Source: Camelus dromedarius (Eukaryota). Taken from it: a stretch of 64,000 nt of DNA. A model generated the notes under the pieces. That model was given only the letters and a program-made list of their open reading frames with translations. It searched no databases and was not told the origin of the DNA. This document shows positions 10,467 through 23,714 of this stretch, piece after piece. The stretch is from assembly GCF_036321535.1 (NCBI RefSeq), contig NC_087437.1, forward strand, positions 83,764,001-83,828,000, given 5' to 3'. Numbering within the stretch: the first letter of the stretch is position 1; each line of letters starts with the position of its first letter. The position numbers and the translations under genes were made by a program.

Positions 10467-13400
10467 CTGCGAGAGAGCAAGAGGCATTGAAGCAGCTCAG
10501 TTTCTTATCGTGTATCCCATTAAGTTGAAAACACACCGACACAACAATCTCAACCAATGCAAAGATTAAACACTGACTCCCATGGAGACCCAGCTCATTT
10601 AGCAAGCTGTGTAAAGTTACCCAGAACTTTTCTTTGCAAGAAGAAAATGACTCTTGGATGAATCTTTTGAAAGTGTTGGTAGTTTCTGTGAATAGGACCA
10701 AAGTAGACAGCACGATTTGCAATAATACAACATGGAGGTCTCTAGGGGGTAGACATATATTCTTGACTGAGAATTTAAACTGTCATATAAAGTTCAGATT
10801 TTTTTAAGATTCAAGCTTATTCAAGTGATATGTAGATAAAAGAAGCATTCATGCTAATAAGAAAGCACAGCTAAAGTCAGAGGCTAAAACTATTTAAGGA
10901 ACCTGAAAATAGAGAAGTAAAAAGAACTAGTAAAAAAAAAAAATAATTGGAGATTACTTAAAGGCTCTTTAAAGATTTTTTTTCATGTCTTTCCAGCAGG
11001 AAAAAAATAGAAATTCTCTTTGTAAATGTTCAAGAGCTCCATATCAAATAAATGGTGCTTTTTTGTTTTCTTTTAAATGCACTGTCAGTCTCACACAAAG
11101 ATGTTGCTGCTCACTGTGTTAGTTAAACATGACTTAACATAAAGAAACTGAGTTGTTAATAATCTGTGAAATTCTTCATTTATGAACTTCAGAATATCCA
11201 GAGATCTCCTGAAATTATATGGAATCATGCACATATATGATCAAATGTCCATTTTCTTGGAGAAGAGAGTCTTATTTTTGGCCAAGAAAAAAAAGTATAA
11301 TCCATAAGGAATCTGAATCTGTGACCTATACCACAACATCAGGACTGCCTATCCACAGGAGTCCTTAAACTCACAGACTGTGATAGATTAAAGTTTTTAT
11401 AAACTAAATGTTATTTGAAGGCTTGAATTACACCTTCATTTGCAGGCTTTCCTCCTGAAGTCTGCAGCTGCACAAACTGCCGGGGGAGAGATCTCTAGGC
11501 GACAGAACTGTGCAGATGAGTATTGAGTAGGGCCTATTGGGGCTTGAAATCACACAGCTGACAAGGAATAAAGAAATCAGGGGTTAGGAATCCAGATGAA
11601 TGTTTTACTTTTCACCATTGTTTACATTTTTGAATCATTTATTCAGGACTTTACTTTGCATATTTAATCCAGTTTATCCTATTATTTTTATAATTAGTTT
11701 TTGGTTAAAGGAGGTACATACACAAATACTCATTGACACACACATCATTCAGGGTAATTGGCAACATTCTCAACTGCAGAAATACATAAAATGTACATCG
11801 TTCAATTAAAGAGGTTTTTTTCCCTGAAGATCTCTTACTTAAAAAGTGAACCATCATCTCTTATCTTTTATGTATATTTATTACAACAATATGTGTTAAA
11901 GATAAAATAAGGCAAACTGCCATATACACCACAGAAAAAATATAAAAAGAATAATCATCTCAGAAGAACTATAGCAAGTAGAAATTCTGTCAAAGTGGTC
12001 AATTTTGAAAGGCCCAATTGTAAAGCTAGAACAAAGTTACTGACCTTTTTTTTAGAACGCCTGAACATATAAAGGAATGAAATGGTTTACTTTGATTTTC
12101 CTGAACTGCAGTTTGATTGTATTTAAGAGATATATATTTTTCCATTGTTGATTTCCCTTGGCATACTGAGTTCATGCCAATTTTCCTTAACTCATTGTAT
12201 ATTCTTTCAAAGTCTGCCACCCAGTCATATATTTGCATTACTGCTTTTCTGCAGTCCTCTATATGCATCAAAATCTGATAACATTATATTTAGTAGATTT
12301 TAGCTTCTTTGCAGCTTCAACCTTATTTTTATTTTTCCTGGCTTATTTCTAAAATCTAAACTGTATGCCTTTCCAATAGAAAAACTTTTTTTTTTGACTG
12401 GATAATAGTGCCTGTGATATTTGCCCTGCCTCCATATCAGATAGGATTTCATATGAAATATGGAAAGGAAAATATTGAAAATCATTGTTAATGGACTTTG
12501 AAGACATTTTAATTTTGGCTCAGCCTTGTAAGTCCTTTGCTATAGAAATGGTCTAGTGGGATCTGTTACTGGCTTATAGAAAATTGGACTGTGAATTCAT
12601 ATCCTAGCATGACTAATCACGGGACAGTAACAGGGATATGAAAAAGTCTCACTATTTGTGTATAAGGCTCATCCAGATCTCTTTCCAAGGGTAAAAAAAA
12701 AACAATATTAAAATTACTATTAATCATATACTTAGTATTGCAAATCTCGTTTTTCAGTCTCCATGTATTCGCATATCTTTTTTTTTTTTTTAAATTGATT
12801 CAGAACAAGCAGAGAGGAAGTCTCATGGGATTACACAGCAAAAAGATAAAGACAGTTATTCACTTCATCTTTGCCATTTACCTTGAACTTAACACGTGGC
12901 ATGCAATCAAAAGAAGCTCAGGTAAAAGTGTAACAAGAGGTGTTTTATACATATACCATTATATTTAAAGCATAGACAGACAAACTGAGATGGTGTTTCA
13001 GAAGAACATTCTCTCAACAATTAAAGAGCTTCCAAGGTTAACCACAAGGGAAGTATTAGGAAGATCTTAGCATTGATTTTTTTTCCCCAGAATTTATTTA
13101 TTTATCTATTTCTAAATCCTACATGCTGCCTTTTTCTGTGTTTTCTCTTTCAGAGACTTTGCTTATAATTGAGAAATTATTTTTTTTAGGTTAAGGCCTA
13201 CATCTGAATTTGGCTTAGAATCTAATCAATATATAAGTTACTTCATTAATGAAAAATGTTACCAAGTTTCCCACAACTGACAGAAAACTTCCAGAAAGTA
13301 AGGTAGAATTCTGTTGATCTAATCATATTCAACCAAAGCTATTACTTTCTAAGTAATTTTTAGATAATGAATATGCCTTTATATAACGTAAGTCAGTCTA

Positions 13401-16400
13401 GTTTTTAAGTAATATTTGGACCTCATGTAAATTTAAGATACCACATGGTATCAGATAGTTATTGCTGTGAACTGACAGGGAAGACAGTGAATCAGTGAAA
13501 CTTCCATATATTATTCCATCATTGGTGCATAATTCTATTTCACAATGACTTTATTACTCTCTTTTTATTTGTGTGTGGTAAGCATATGAAACCACCCACA
13601 ATATGAAGGGGTTGGGTAGAGATGAAGGCTGTCATAAGGTGAGCCACCGGTCTAAGACCCTATGTCTTAGGGTCTTGGCAATTCTGAAACTAATGCTGTA
13701 GGTTTACAAATGGTTTTGAAGAGTAATAGGAAAATTAAATCACTATCCTGGGAAGAACTTTTATATGGGATAGCTAAAACTTTCACTGGACTTCAATGCT
13801 TGAAGAATGTTAATTCTGAATTGGGAACCACAGAATGTTCTAATAAAATATAAACTGTTCAAGTGTGTAGGTGCCCCTTTTTGCCAGTTGTCTTAGTTCT
13901 TAAGCAAGTCACCATAAATAAGAAATGAAAAAAAGAAAAAGAAAAGAAAACTAGAGGCAATTCTTCCCTATGTATAAGCAATACCTTATGGTATATAAAA
14001 TTTCTAACCCGTTTTCAAATATTGTTTGACTACAGAAATAAATTAAAGAAATAACTAGAGGAGCAAAGAGAGCGAGCTTATCAACATTTTAGAGTATGTA
14101 CCTGAAAACATCTTTCTAAGAGTGACATTAGTTCTTTCAAGAGGGTAAAATTTGATTTTAATAGGGAGGAATCCAGTGGGGAAGACTTAAATTTAAAATA
14201 TGTAATTTCAGTTATGTCATCCTAATTTCTCCTCTCTTTCCTCATCCTCTCCTCTTCTCTCCTGGGATTTTTCTTACCTAACTGGGTAACTACTACTTGA
14301 AAGGCACTGCAGTAAATATATGAATATACTTGCTATTCAACTTTCAGTCAATTATTTCCTGGTGTTTTTCTCTATTTGAAACTAAGAATAATTACTCTTT
14401 ACTGTGACCTTTCTGGAAACGAGAAAGGTCATATAAACAAATGACAACCACTGCATAAATACTGATTTCAGGCTTGTCTGCTTTCCGAGTCTCATAATTC
14501 AATGATTCTCTTATTATTGAGGTTGGTATAAAAAAATACTGAAAAAAAATTGCTCCTTGATAGCACAGTGTGACATGAATGCAAAGAAACTATTTTATAC
14601 AAGACATCATTATGTATCTCATTTAAATTTGATTAAGGTAACTGGGGACTAAACAAGCATCATCATTAGAACAGATTTTGTGATTCCTTGAATGATACAA
14701 CAGATGACTTATGAGATCCTAAAAGTATTGTGACATATAACCAATTGATAGAAAGGAAATTAATTTCTGCTCAATAGGCATCGTCCTTTGGCTAGCAATT
14801 TAAGGTGCCATGATACAGGTCAAGGGAGGAACTGCTTCCTGCCCCCAAACTGAAGAGTCACTCAACTATTATATGGCAAAGAACCTGCATAAGGCTTTTT
14901 TTTTTTTTTAATATGAAACAAACAAAAAAAAGAGTCTCATGATCATTGCTTCATTTCTCTTTATACAAAATTATAAAGAGAATTCTTGGGAAACAAGCTA
15001 TAGGTGAATGGAAGAGGATAAAAATTATCTTTAAAATCATAGCAGTTATAACTAAAAAGTAGCAGAGAAAATGACCAGGGACCACTTATCAAAGTGATTT
15101 AAGTCAGGAAAAGTGAGATGACTTAATTTCAGTTTGAGGGAACAGGAACAAGTTTAGACCTATAAATTTTTTATGAAGCAATTTTGTTAAACCTGATTTG
15201 TATGTAAGTCATGAAAACTGAACTGAGTTTTCTCTCCTATGAAAGCTGGAGGCAAATTTGGCTTACAGCCTAGAAGAATAGAGTGCTAGAGTGTTCTTTT
15301 ACATTCCTCTCTGGAAAGTTGTTTCTGTGTATGTATTACACAAACATCATCTTGCTTCTATCATTCTCAGTGGCTAAATGACAAAGGTTATCTTTTTTAC
15401 CAGTGATGTTGAATAATTCAAGTCACTACTGAACTTTGTAATGTTATTTTTGCAAAATATACCTAAATCCACCAAGATTTGTCATTAAGAGTTAAGGATT
15501 AAACCATAAAACTACAAATCATTTGTTCAACTCTTTAATTCCAATCACTGAAATATTAATAATATATGTGAATGCTACATTTTTGTATTTGCAGTTAACT
15601 CTGAGAGCTCAGTTTATTAGATTTTATCTCCAATTTTTTGCAACACCACTATCACTGCCACAGCCACCGCCACCACCACCACCAATAAAATTTTTGTGCA
15701 ACTGATACTATTTTTGTTTCTAGGGAGAGAAAGTGTGGTATAACATTCATTAGAATTAAAACTACTAATTTTTATTGCATATAATTTTGGTTCCTACTCT
15801 GTCAGTGGCATTATTGGCCAGAAAGTTTCCAACCACTTCAGTAATTAACCCATGATAAAACCAAATGACACTGGAGCATAGTTATGGTTTGTTACTGTTT
15901 GTATGTTTTAATTCAGCAGGCAAGGGTAATTGAAAGGCAAAAGAAAAATATCAGTGTAATAATTTTAGGCTTTGATGGCATCATTTTGCCAAGAAAAATA
16001 AGAAATGTGCATGATGGCATTTTGTTTCCATTATATTTCCTGATTTTTTCAAATGGTCCCATTATACTGCTAGCTGGGCCAGCCCTCCTCAAAATACTGG
16101 TGTCATCACCATAATTTGTAGCGTAATTACTAATTATGATAGAAACATAAGACTTATGATTAAAAAAAAAAAACTCCAAGAATCAATATCCTAGTTCCAT
16201 TTTCTACGACAAATGTAAAATACAAAGTAGATATGCGTGCTTCTGGTGAAAGGGAGGAAGGCAGCAGGATACTCTACAAAATGGTAAGAGTAAAACAATC
16301 TGTGACTGTAATACCACGGATAATCTACAAAATGATTTACTCAACTTCAAAATTGTACTTTAAAATGCTCAATATCCTATATTTTGTTTTTTTTCTCATT

Positions 16401-16964
16401 GATGAAATACGGCTTTGGTAAGATTGTTTTTTTTTTTTTAGGGAAAACTGCACATTAATTTTCTTTCTCAAAAATGTCTTCCAAATTTACTACTTTCTTT
16501 TTTTCCAAATCATTTTTTTCTTTAGTGACATGGAACTTTATTTAAATCTCTATAAACTCACCCAGATATGGAATTACTTTTTCTGTGAGTAACACTCAGC
16601 TTTAAATTCTCTTTTGTAGCCAATTCCAAGTGGCAAAGTGGCTCAAATTCATCCTTGTTTTATTCTTAAGTTACAAATTTGGGACCTGAATCTCTAGTTT
16701 TTATTAATGAAAAAACTTTCCTCGAAAAAGAGGCAGCACTATGCTGATCGGGTGCCCAGTGTACAGATCCTTCTTCCACTTCTTTTACATTATTTTTAAG
16801 GCATTAGAGATCACAGACGTGGTTCCTGCATTTTAACAAGTCACTTGCATTTCTTTTCAACAATGTATTTTAGAAATATTTATTTCTGTATTGTGGGTCT
16901 ATCAATTATGAGCACAGTCCTACTGCTGTATGTGGTGGCAGAAAATTTCATTTGAAATACCTAC

Positions 16965-17090
16965 CAGCAGGAATCCTGGAGGGCAAAGATCCTCCCCCTG
17001 GCACTGGATGCGGGGCCTGGATGCTATTTAAAAACCCTGCCCTCAGGAAGCTGGGGCAAAACGTTTCCACCCCAATGGCCGGGAAGGATC
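16965..17090 (-). CDS. EPHA6: EPHA6 internal coding exon, 126 nt, EPHA6-specific kinase-domain insert
   Basis: Minus strand reads tttttatctcttaaaag|GA TCC TTC CCG ... ATT CCT GCT G|gtaggt, i.e. (R)SFPAIGVETFCPSFLRAGFLNSIQAPHPVPGGGSLPSRIPA(G). Phase 1-1. Its final G joins GC of the 2124-2185 exon to make Gly, in frame. Matches the EPHA6 insert as I recall it. Confidence 0.95.
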
Positions 17091-17759
17091 CTTTTAAGAG
17101 ATAAAAATTAACATTAATCATAAAGTTTTCTCTGTGGAAAAGCTGTTGATCATTTAATTGGAACAAAACCTATAATCAACAAAGACATCAAACTGTACAA
17201 GGAAGCTATAAAATTAAAAGGAATGAAATGCATTTTTATTCACAGATTTGAAAATTAAACCTAGTTTTCTGAAAAGAAAGTTACTCTTAATTAGGTACAA
17301 TTAAAGAGGATTTAGAAGCATTAGAATGCTAAGATAAAATTTCTAAATCTACATTTGACAAAGGGGATTTAATGCAAGCCACTAGTGTTTTCTATTTGCA
17401 GAATTCACGTCCACACGAGATATAGATACACAGAAAACAGCCCCAATAGGATCTGAGATCTGTGCTGCACTAGAAGGCACAGTGCTTTACTTTAGGTGTA
17501 TCAATCTGAGAGCTTAAAATGAGGACAGCTTTTATATTCCCCAGTAATTATACAGGTTTTTGAAATAGTGGTAAGAAAAACAACATACACATTTCTTAAT
17601 TTGCCTCACTTTTCTGTTAGGGACAAGACATGAGAGTTTGCAAAGGTAGAACCACATGCTTTTTCATTTTTAAGAAGGCTATTGAGAGGGAAGCAAGAAA
17701 AAAAATAAACTACTTGGATATTTATCCACAAAATTATAATATAATGAACCCTAGAATAA

Positions 17760-17900
17760 AAGAGTATCAGTGCTGAAAAGGACTTTGGAGATCATCCAGT
17801 CAAAAAAATCTACGTTTTACAGACCAGCAAACTGAGGCCTGGAGTAGGGAGTGATATTACATTGCTGGCAGTCTCCCAGGACAGAGTCTTTCCACTATAG
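17760..17900 (-). mobile_element. MIR-family SINE (MIRc/MIR3-like)
   Basis: gctgaaaaggactttggagatcatccagtc...ttttacagaccagcaaactgaggcctggag. Confidence 0.7.
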
Positions 17901-20108
17901 GTTAAAAATAAACAATGAGCCACTTCCTATCTGAGAGATTTTGGGAGCTCTCCCCTGAATGTGAATTAGAAACTTTGCACTTTGGAATAGTGTTATTACA
18001 ATTTGGAGTCTCAATGACCTGAAAGACACTAAAATCATTCAGAAGAAAATTTAATATACATGCAACATCAGTGCATGGACAGCCCTGGTAATTGATATAG
18101 TACATCTAAGTTTAAATCACAATACCCTGAAAGCAAGTTCCACTGATGGTTGTGAGAAATGCATCTCATTTGAGACCTCTGAAACTCCCATCAATCACAA
18201 CAGTTTTCATATGCAGAGAGTTGGGATCTCTCCTCCCAAGTTCAGATTTAGCAAGTCCTGTATTTTTGAAGAGACTTCACTCTGCTCTTTGACATAAATT
18301 TCGTACCTAAAATAAGTTAAAATTTGAGGCTTCTTTGAACTTTGACCAGGGTTAAAGGGATTTGGTATACCATACCCTATACATCCTGCTTCTATGGAGA
18401 AAGTTGTTGCTAAAGAAAAAAAGCAGAATTTCCTGGATCTTCAGAGATGTTTTTATGAAAGAGCAAAGTTACAATGAATGTTTTAATGGGTGAGGGCTAT
18501 ACATTGTGCACTGGGTTAAAGAAGACATAGAAAGAAAGTCATATACTGTGAATTAACTGGTTTTGATGTGGATTTTATGTGGCTTTAGTAAAATGACCCA
18601 GCAGAGTTAGAGTCCCTTAAACATTAAGAGGTGTGGCAAAAATGCCTATTAGTAAGGCTTAAAGTGCTCTGAGGTAGCCTTCGAGGAACAGTGAAATTAA
18701 TTTCTCTTCTGTTACTACATGGGATATTTATCATCAAGCATAAAGTCAACATAAGCCCTTGTGGAGTCGCTCACACAAGGCATTTCCCACATTGCAGTGT
18801 TTCATCACCATCTGAGAAAACACTCATTAACGTAAAGAGCGTCAGTGAATGCCAGGTGGAGAAAATTATATCATATATTTATAAGGCATTCTTATTTAAA
18901 GTTATGAAAGAAATGGTGATTTTACAAGAGGGAAAATAATTACAAGAAATTCAGATTTTATTTTATGCTCTGAAAACAAAAATAATCCAATTTTAGCTGA
19001 TCATGGATTTGTTGAAGTCAGATAAGAAGAAGTCTGGTTTAAGAACCTACACCGTAAAGAAAAAGAATAACATCATTGTGCCCAAGAAAAAGAAAGGGAC
19101 ATAAATGTAATTATTTTAAGGGAAATTTGAAGAAAAATAAAAGCATATCTAGTGGTAAATCTAAAAAATGTTAATCTGCTTCACTTTTAGAGGTTTTTAC
19201 CTGAGTTTCTGCTATTTTTTCCAACGTTATTTAAAACTGTTACCTTAGAAAAGATGCCAATTATTTTAACTCCTTGAAAGAAACTAATTACAAATATTAT
19301 TTTACTGCTACGATTACATTACTATTTTTGTCGTTGTGACAGCCTATCATATTTAATAGTGGCTTTCATTTTCCTAAACTTGGTGCATCATTTGCAATGG
19401 TTTTGTTATGTTTCATTACTGTGGGTTAAAAGGACTTTCACTTATTGTGGCAACTTTTCCTTAAGGAACTATCATTTTTTTTATATCTGAAACAAGCAGA
19501 AAAGCTGGTTGGTGGGCATGAATACATATTCCATTGAGATATCATATTATGTGATAATAGTGGCTTATCATTTTTCTTCTTAAGGCCAATCATGTCAATA
19601 GAGATTGCATGAAACACTGAAGCTCTACGTTTTCACAGTTCAATCAGGAAAACTGAAATTATTCTTTGTTATAATTCCCTTATCTCTTAATCCACAAGAA
19701 ATTAAGTTCATGGACCTTTTGGAATTTGATATGAGATAATTTTAGCTTGGTTTGCACTATTGCTTACGGTGCTGACCTTCTCTGACTGTTTATTTTTTAA
19801 AGTAATTAGAGAATTTATTAATCAATTATATTGCAGGGGTATAAGAAATGATGTCTAATATCTGTAGCAGGACCATGTAAATTTCCATGAATATTTTCTT
19901 TTTAGTTACTTTCAGTAGACTATTTGTCAATATAAATTAGATTTTTATGTAATGAGAATATTCCTCTAGCCTTACAAGTCTGAAGTAGGAGTCACTCCAG
20001 ATGCTTTTCTAAATCTCAAATACTTGAGTTTTCCATTTGTCAGTGATCTTGAGTCAGTGGGTTAAAGAGAGACCAAACTGTGACATTAGCATTATATTGT
20101 CTCTAATA

Positions 20109-20167
20109 AAGAGTTGCCAGATAACTGGGTGTTCTGTATTTTTTACTTGCTAAATCTGGTAACCGTA
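20109..20167 (+). mobile_element. Internally deleted MER53-like hAT MITE, 59 bp
   Basis: Termini agagttgccaga and tctggtaaccgt are inverted repeats; perfect 8-bp TSD CTCTAATA at 20101-20108 and 20168-20175; the right half matches recalled MER53 (actgggtgttctgtattttttacttgctaaatctgg). Confidence 0.82.
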
Positions 20168-20299
20168 CTCTAATATAATTTCAAATACTTATGGATATCA
20201 GATGGATATGGATGAAAGACACAATTCACTACTGGCGTAAGATAAATTAACAAATGTCACTGGCTGCTGTGGTTGGTGACTTATCTGTCTTTCATTAGC

Positions 20300-20476
20300 T
20301 CAGTGGTTCTCAATGCATTTAGGGAGCCCTGAAAATTATGACTGGGGAAAGACACCTCTGGTGTTTAGCAGGTGGGGTTAGGACACATGCTGAAGGCATT
20401 GCAGTAAGTAGTATACTCTCAACACAAAGGGGGATTCTCTTTCAAAATGCTGGTGGCATCCACTGGAAAATGTTGT
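20300..20476 (+). mobile_element. MER20-like hAT-Charlie DNA transposon remnant
   Basis: Starts cagtggttctcaa; the body loosely follows MER20 (ctggtgtttagcaggtggggttagg...caacacaaagg...caaaatgct). Confidence 0.55.
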
Positions 20477-20809
20477 CCAAGAATATAGAATCTTAAGAAA
20501 ACAGCTGCTAATGAACAAGTCATATAAAGAGGCCACAATACGAAGAAACAAGGTGAAGAAGTTGACGTGGCCTGTACTCTGACATTTGGCTTGATCAATT
20601 AATGGAGGACTGATTACTCAGATGATGTGACAGTAATCTGGCCTGTAGAATAAGCAATTTTCAAAGAATTATAATAAATATATTTAACACAAACTCAATG
20701 AAACAAAATCCCATTTTAACTTGATATCACAGCAATCTCCCTGAAATAACTACATTGGAAACTAGACATCTTTAAGAATTTGTGTAAGAGATAACAAGCT
20801 ATAACTTCA

Positions 20810-20905
20810 AAGTTTTTGTGCCTCAGTTTTCTTATCTGTGAAATGAAAATAGCTAACCCTACTTAATGGGGCTGTTTGTGAGGGTTAAATGAGAGTAAAC
20901 TATCA
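20810..20905 (+). mobile_element. MIR SINE fragment
   Basis: tgtgcctcagttttcttatctgtgaaatgaaaatag...gtgagggttaaatgag. Confidence 0.8.
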
Positions 20906-22049
20906 TAAATATAAGGTAATATTATTAGATACTTCTAATGTTTTTAAAAAAGAAACCATTTTAGGTGAGAAAGTGAGAAAAAAATTAATTAAATTTTCTA
21001 ATGTAGAAACCCCCCACTCTCACATACATACACAAATCCCTAATAGAACAAATTTCATCTTTGAAGATTATATACCAATAATTTAATTTTGAAGCCATGA
21101 AGTTTAATAAGGGCAATATCCCTATAACGTGTGAAATTTTGAGATCTCACTTTTTCAAACTGTTTTCACTAGGCTGTATTTTTGCAGATAGCCATTTTGA
21201 TTTATGGGTAGACAGAGAATGCACAGGCTTAATCAAAGATAAAGACTTTAGAATTGGAAACTGAAAATACATGCATGCAGATGTATATTAGATAAATATA
21301 GAATATGGAAAAATCTGTCTATAACCCCTAGAATGAATTCTTTGTCAACTATAATATGAAATGCAAGGATGATCTAATCTGATCTAAAAAGAGGAGATCA
21401 CAAAAAGTCATTGGGAGCAGTATTTGGATTTACACTTAAAAAATATGAATTTACACTTATAGCAAACCTGGCCTGAATATGTAGCATTTTATGTATATTT
21501 TGCCTAGTGTATGGTGTGGCTATTATTTGTAAGTATTGAAATATACTGAACTTACAATCAGATCCTAAATTGATAAAGTTTGCACTGTTAATATAGAGAT
21601 GAATATTTCAAAATATTGAATATTGAAAATATTCAATAATTTCATTCCTTTAAGATATTTTGATTGGATTATAATAAATATAACATTATAATAAATACAG
21701 TAAAACTGTAGAGATATATATATATATGACTTGCAGCTAAATTTGTATTCATATAGTAGAGCGTTTTGCCTCAAAAATATTTACTGTTGGAGAACTAAGA
21801 ATTGAGTATGTATAGGTTCAGAGTAGACATCCCTTTTTCAGCCTTAAATATCCAGTATTGAGTTCTACAACTGACACACAGTAGCCTCTTCATAACTGTA
21901 TGGTTTAGATGAATGATGGTATCTCCGCTACAGTATGAATAACTTCAAAATTCAATGAGAATATAGTCTGTTAAACCAAATGCTGTGTCAAGGGCCATTT
22001 TTTCTGAGAAACTCTAACTGCTGGAACCTGTAACGATTCTCTACCTCTT

Positions 22050-22059
22050 TATCTATCTA

Positions 22060-22099
<40 letters not shown>
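22050..22099. repeat. Compound tetranucleotide microsatellite (TATC)3(TGTC)6(TATC)3
   Basis: Read directly. Confidence 0.95.
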
Positions 22100-23714
22100 A
22101 TTTCAGTTGCCCTTTCTTTGTCAGACTGTTTGTGTTTCCCTCCACTCCTTGTGTATCTCATGTTTTCTCTCCTATGTGCCTCTTTCTTCTTTTTCTGTTA
22201 CAATAATTTATAGTATTACACATTCTGTCCTCCACTGGAAGAAGTAAAAGAAAAACATAAATTCATTAGGTTTGTTTGAGTATATGCTTCCTAGTTTTCT
22301 GCGAGAGTAGATGAAGCCTCAGACTCTCACATTTACATAACCAGTGAAAAAGACCAGTAGTAGTCAGAAGAGGCATTTTCATGCAAGGCATTGGAAGAAT
22401 ACATCTTTTACTGCACTGAAACCTTTACTTTGGGTCTCTACATAATAGCATGAAAGACTAAGCTGCTCTGCCTATTCTGGTAGAGAAAAGATTCCTGCCT
22501 CGTTGTGATGCATGAGATGGGCCAGCTGGAAGTTCAACATGGTCTCTTCTAACCTGATCAGAAGGTGCACAGAGTAGGGTTTCAATAAATATAAGCTGAA
22601 TAAGTGGATACATAGATGATGGAATCAAAAGTGGCAAATTGCTCCTTGGGCAAATCCCCTGGCTTCTCATTTGCTCCCTAGGCCAATGACAACTTTCTAA
22701 TGACTAGCCAAGAGCTACTTTTCAATTAGGCTTAGAATGTGAAAAAGGATAAACTCATTCATTTATCCTTTTATCCATTTATGGATTTATTCACTTATTG
22801 GGTAAATATTTATTAATATTTACTAAATATTTATTGAAGTACCTGTTTTTTACCTGGCACTATGCCACATTTCTAGTACAAGAAAAGGAAATCAAATAAC
22901 TTTTGATATGACACTATTATTTTCAGGAAATGATTTTAAATAAGCTAAGCAATAAAGATGCAATTACAAAATATTGTCCATTTCCTAAATTCTTATAGAT
23001 GGAAATATGCCTACAATTAAATTAGTGTTTTCCTTTTAGCATAGTTAATCTCCATGCAGATTCTTTGCACCAAATACAATTAAAGATCATACGACCATTA
23101 CTGTTTTGTTTTGAGGTTTTTTTTTTTATCTTTCAGGTCACTGCAATATGAATTTTACAGATTTCTCATCCTGTTGTTGTTCAATAGGTCACAAAAAATT
23201 ATTGAAGCCAAAAGGGCAGTTTCATGGCTAGATTTTTATGACTTTTCTTCAGTGCTTTTAAAAGAAATTTTCAGCTCTCCCTGAGTTTTTTTGAAACTTG
23301 TAAGATATGTATGATAAAATTATGATTACATAAATTATTATTTAAAACCATAGCATTAAAAAGGATAACTAAAATATTTTGAAGCTAATTAAGAACAAGA
23401 CATTTATTGAAAATGCATCTTAATTAATATATAATACAGAAGTTCTTTGACTTTTTAAAAACAAATATTTAAAAATAACTGTTTTCTTACCTACAAGATG
23501 AACTTGGACTAGAACCTCCCTGAATTTCCTTTAAGCTTAAAAGTCTGTTTACATAATTTTTATCCACTACCCCAGTGAATTAAGCCTATATTTTCCCCAG
23601 ATATGGGTTATGTCCAGTGCTCTTACCTATGTTTATGTTCAATAAGACTTGGAATTTTAACTACCAAAAAACTGTCCTGACTAAATTTGCAATCTGCCAA
23701 TATATCCATCAGGT

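Larger units (their letters stand above)
2186..16964 (-). other. EPHA6: EPHA6 intron between the insert exon and the hinge exon (about 14.8 kb)
   Basis: GT at 16964-16963 and AG at 2187-2186 on the minus strand; flanking exon phases are compatible. Confidence 0.9.

Noticed and set aside
10420..10722. 100-aa minus-strand ORF as an independent gene or retrocopy
   Set aside because: Non-ATG start, no recognisable protein, no poly(A) or TSD. Only its last 47 nt are of interest as a candidate exon.
10737..10755. CTCF-like ggtctctagggggtagac
   Set aside because: Mismatches at two informative core positions; not supportable without ChIP data.
15913..16179. Minus-strand ORF containing LRRAGPASSIMGPFE, echoing Eph FLREASIMGQF
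   Set aside because: Similarity is limited to about 6 residues, the flanks lack GEFGEV and HPNII, I see no fitting splice sites, and it lies on the wrong side of the insert exon. Treated as chance.
16736..16757. gcactatgctgatcgggtgccc resembles a 7SL RNA segment (19 of 22 from memory)
   Set aside because: Too short, with no extension, poly(A) tail or TSD.
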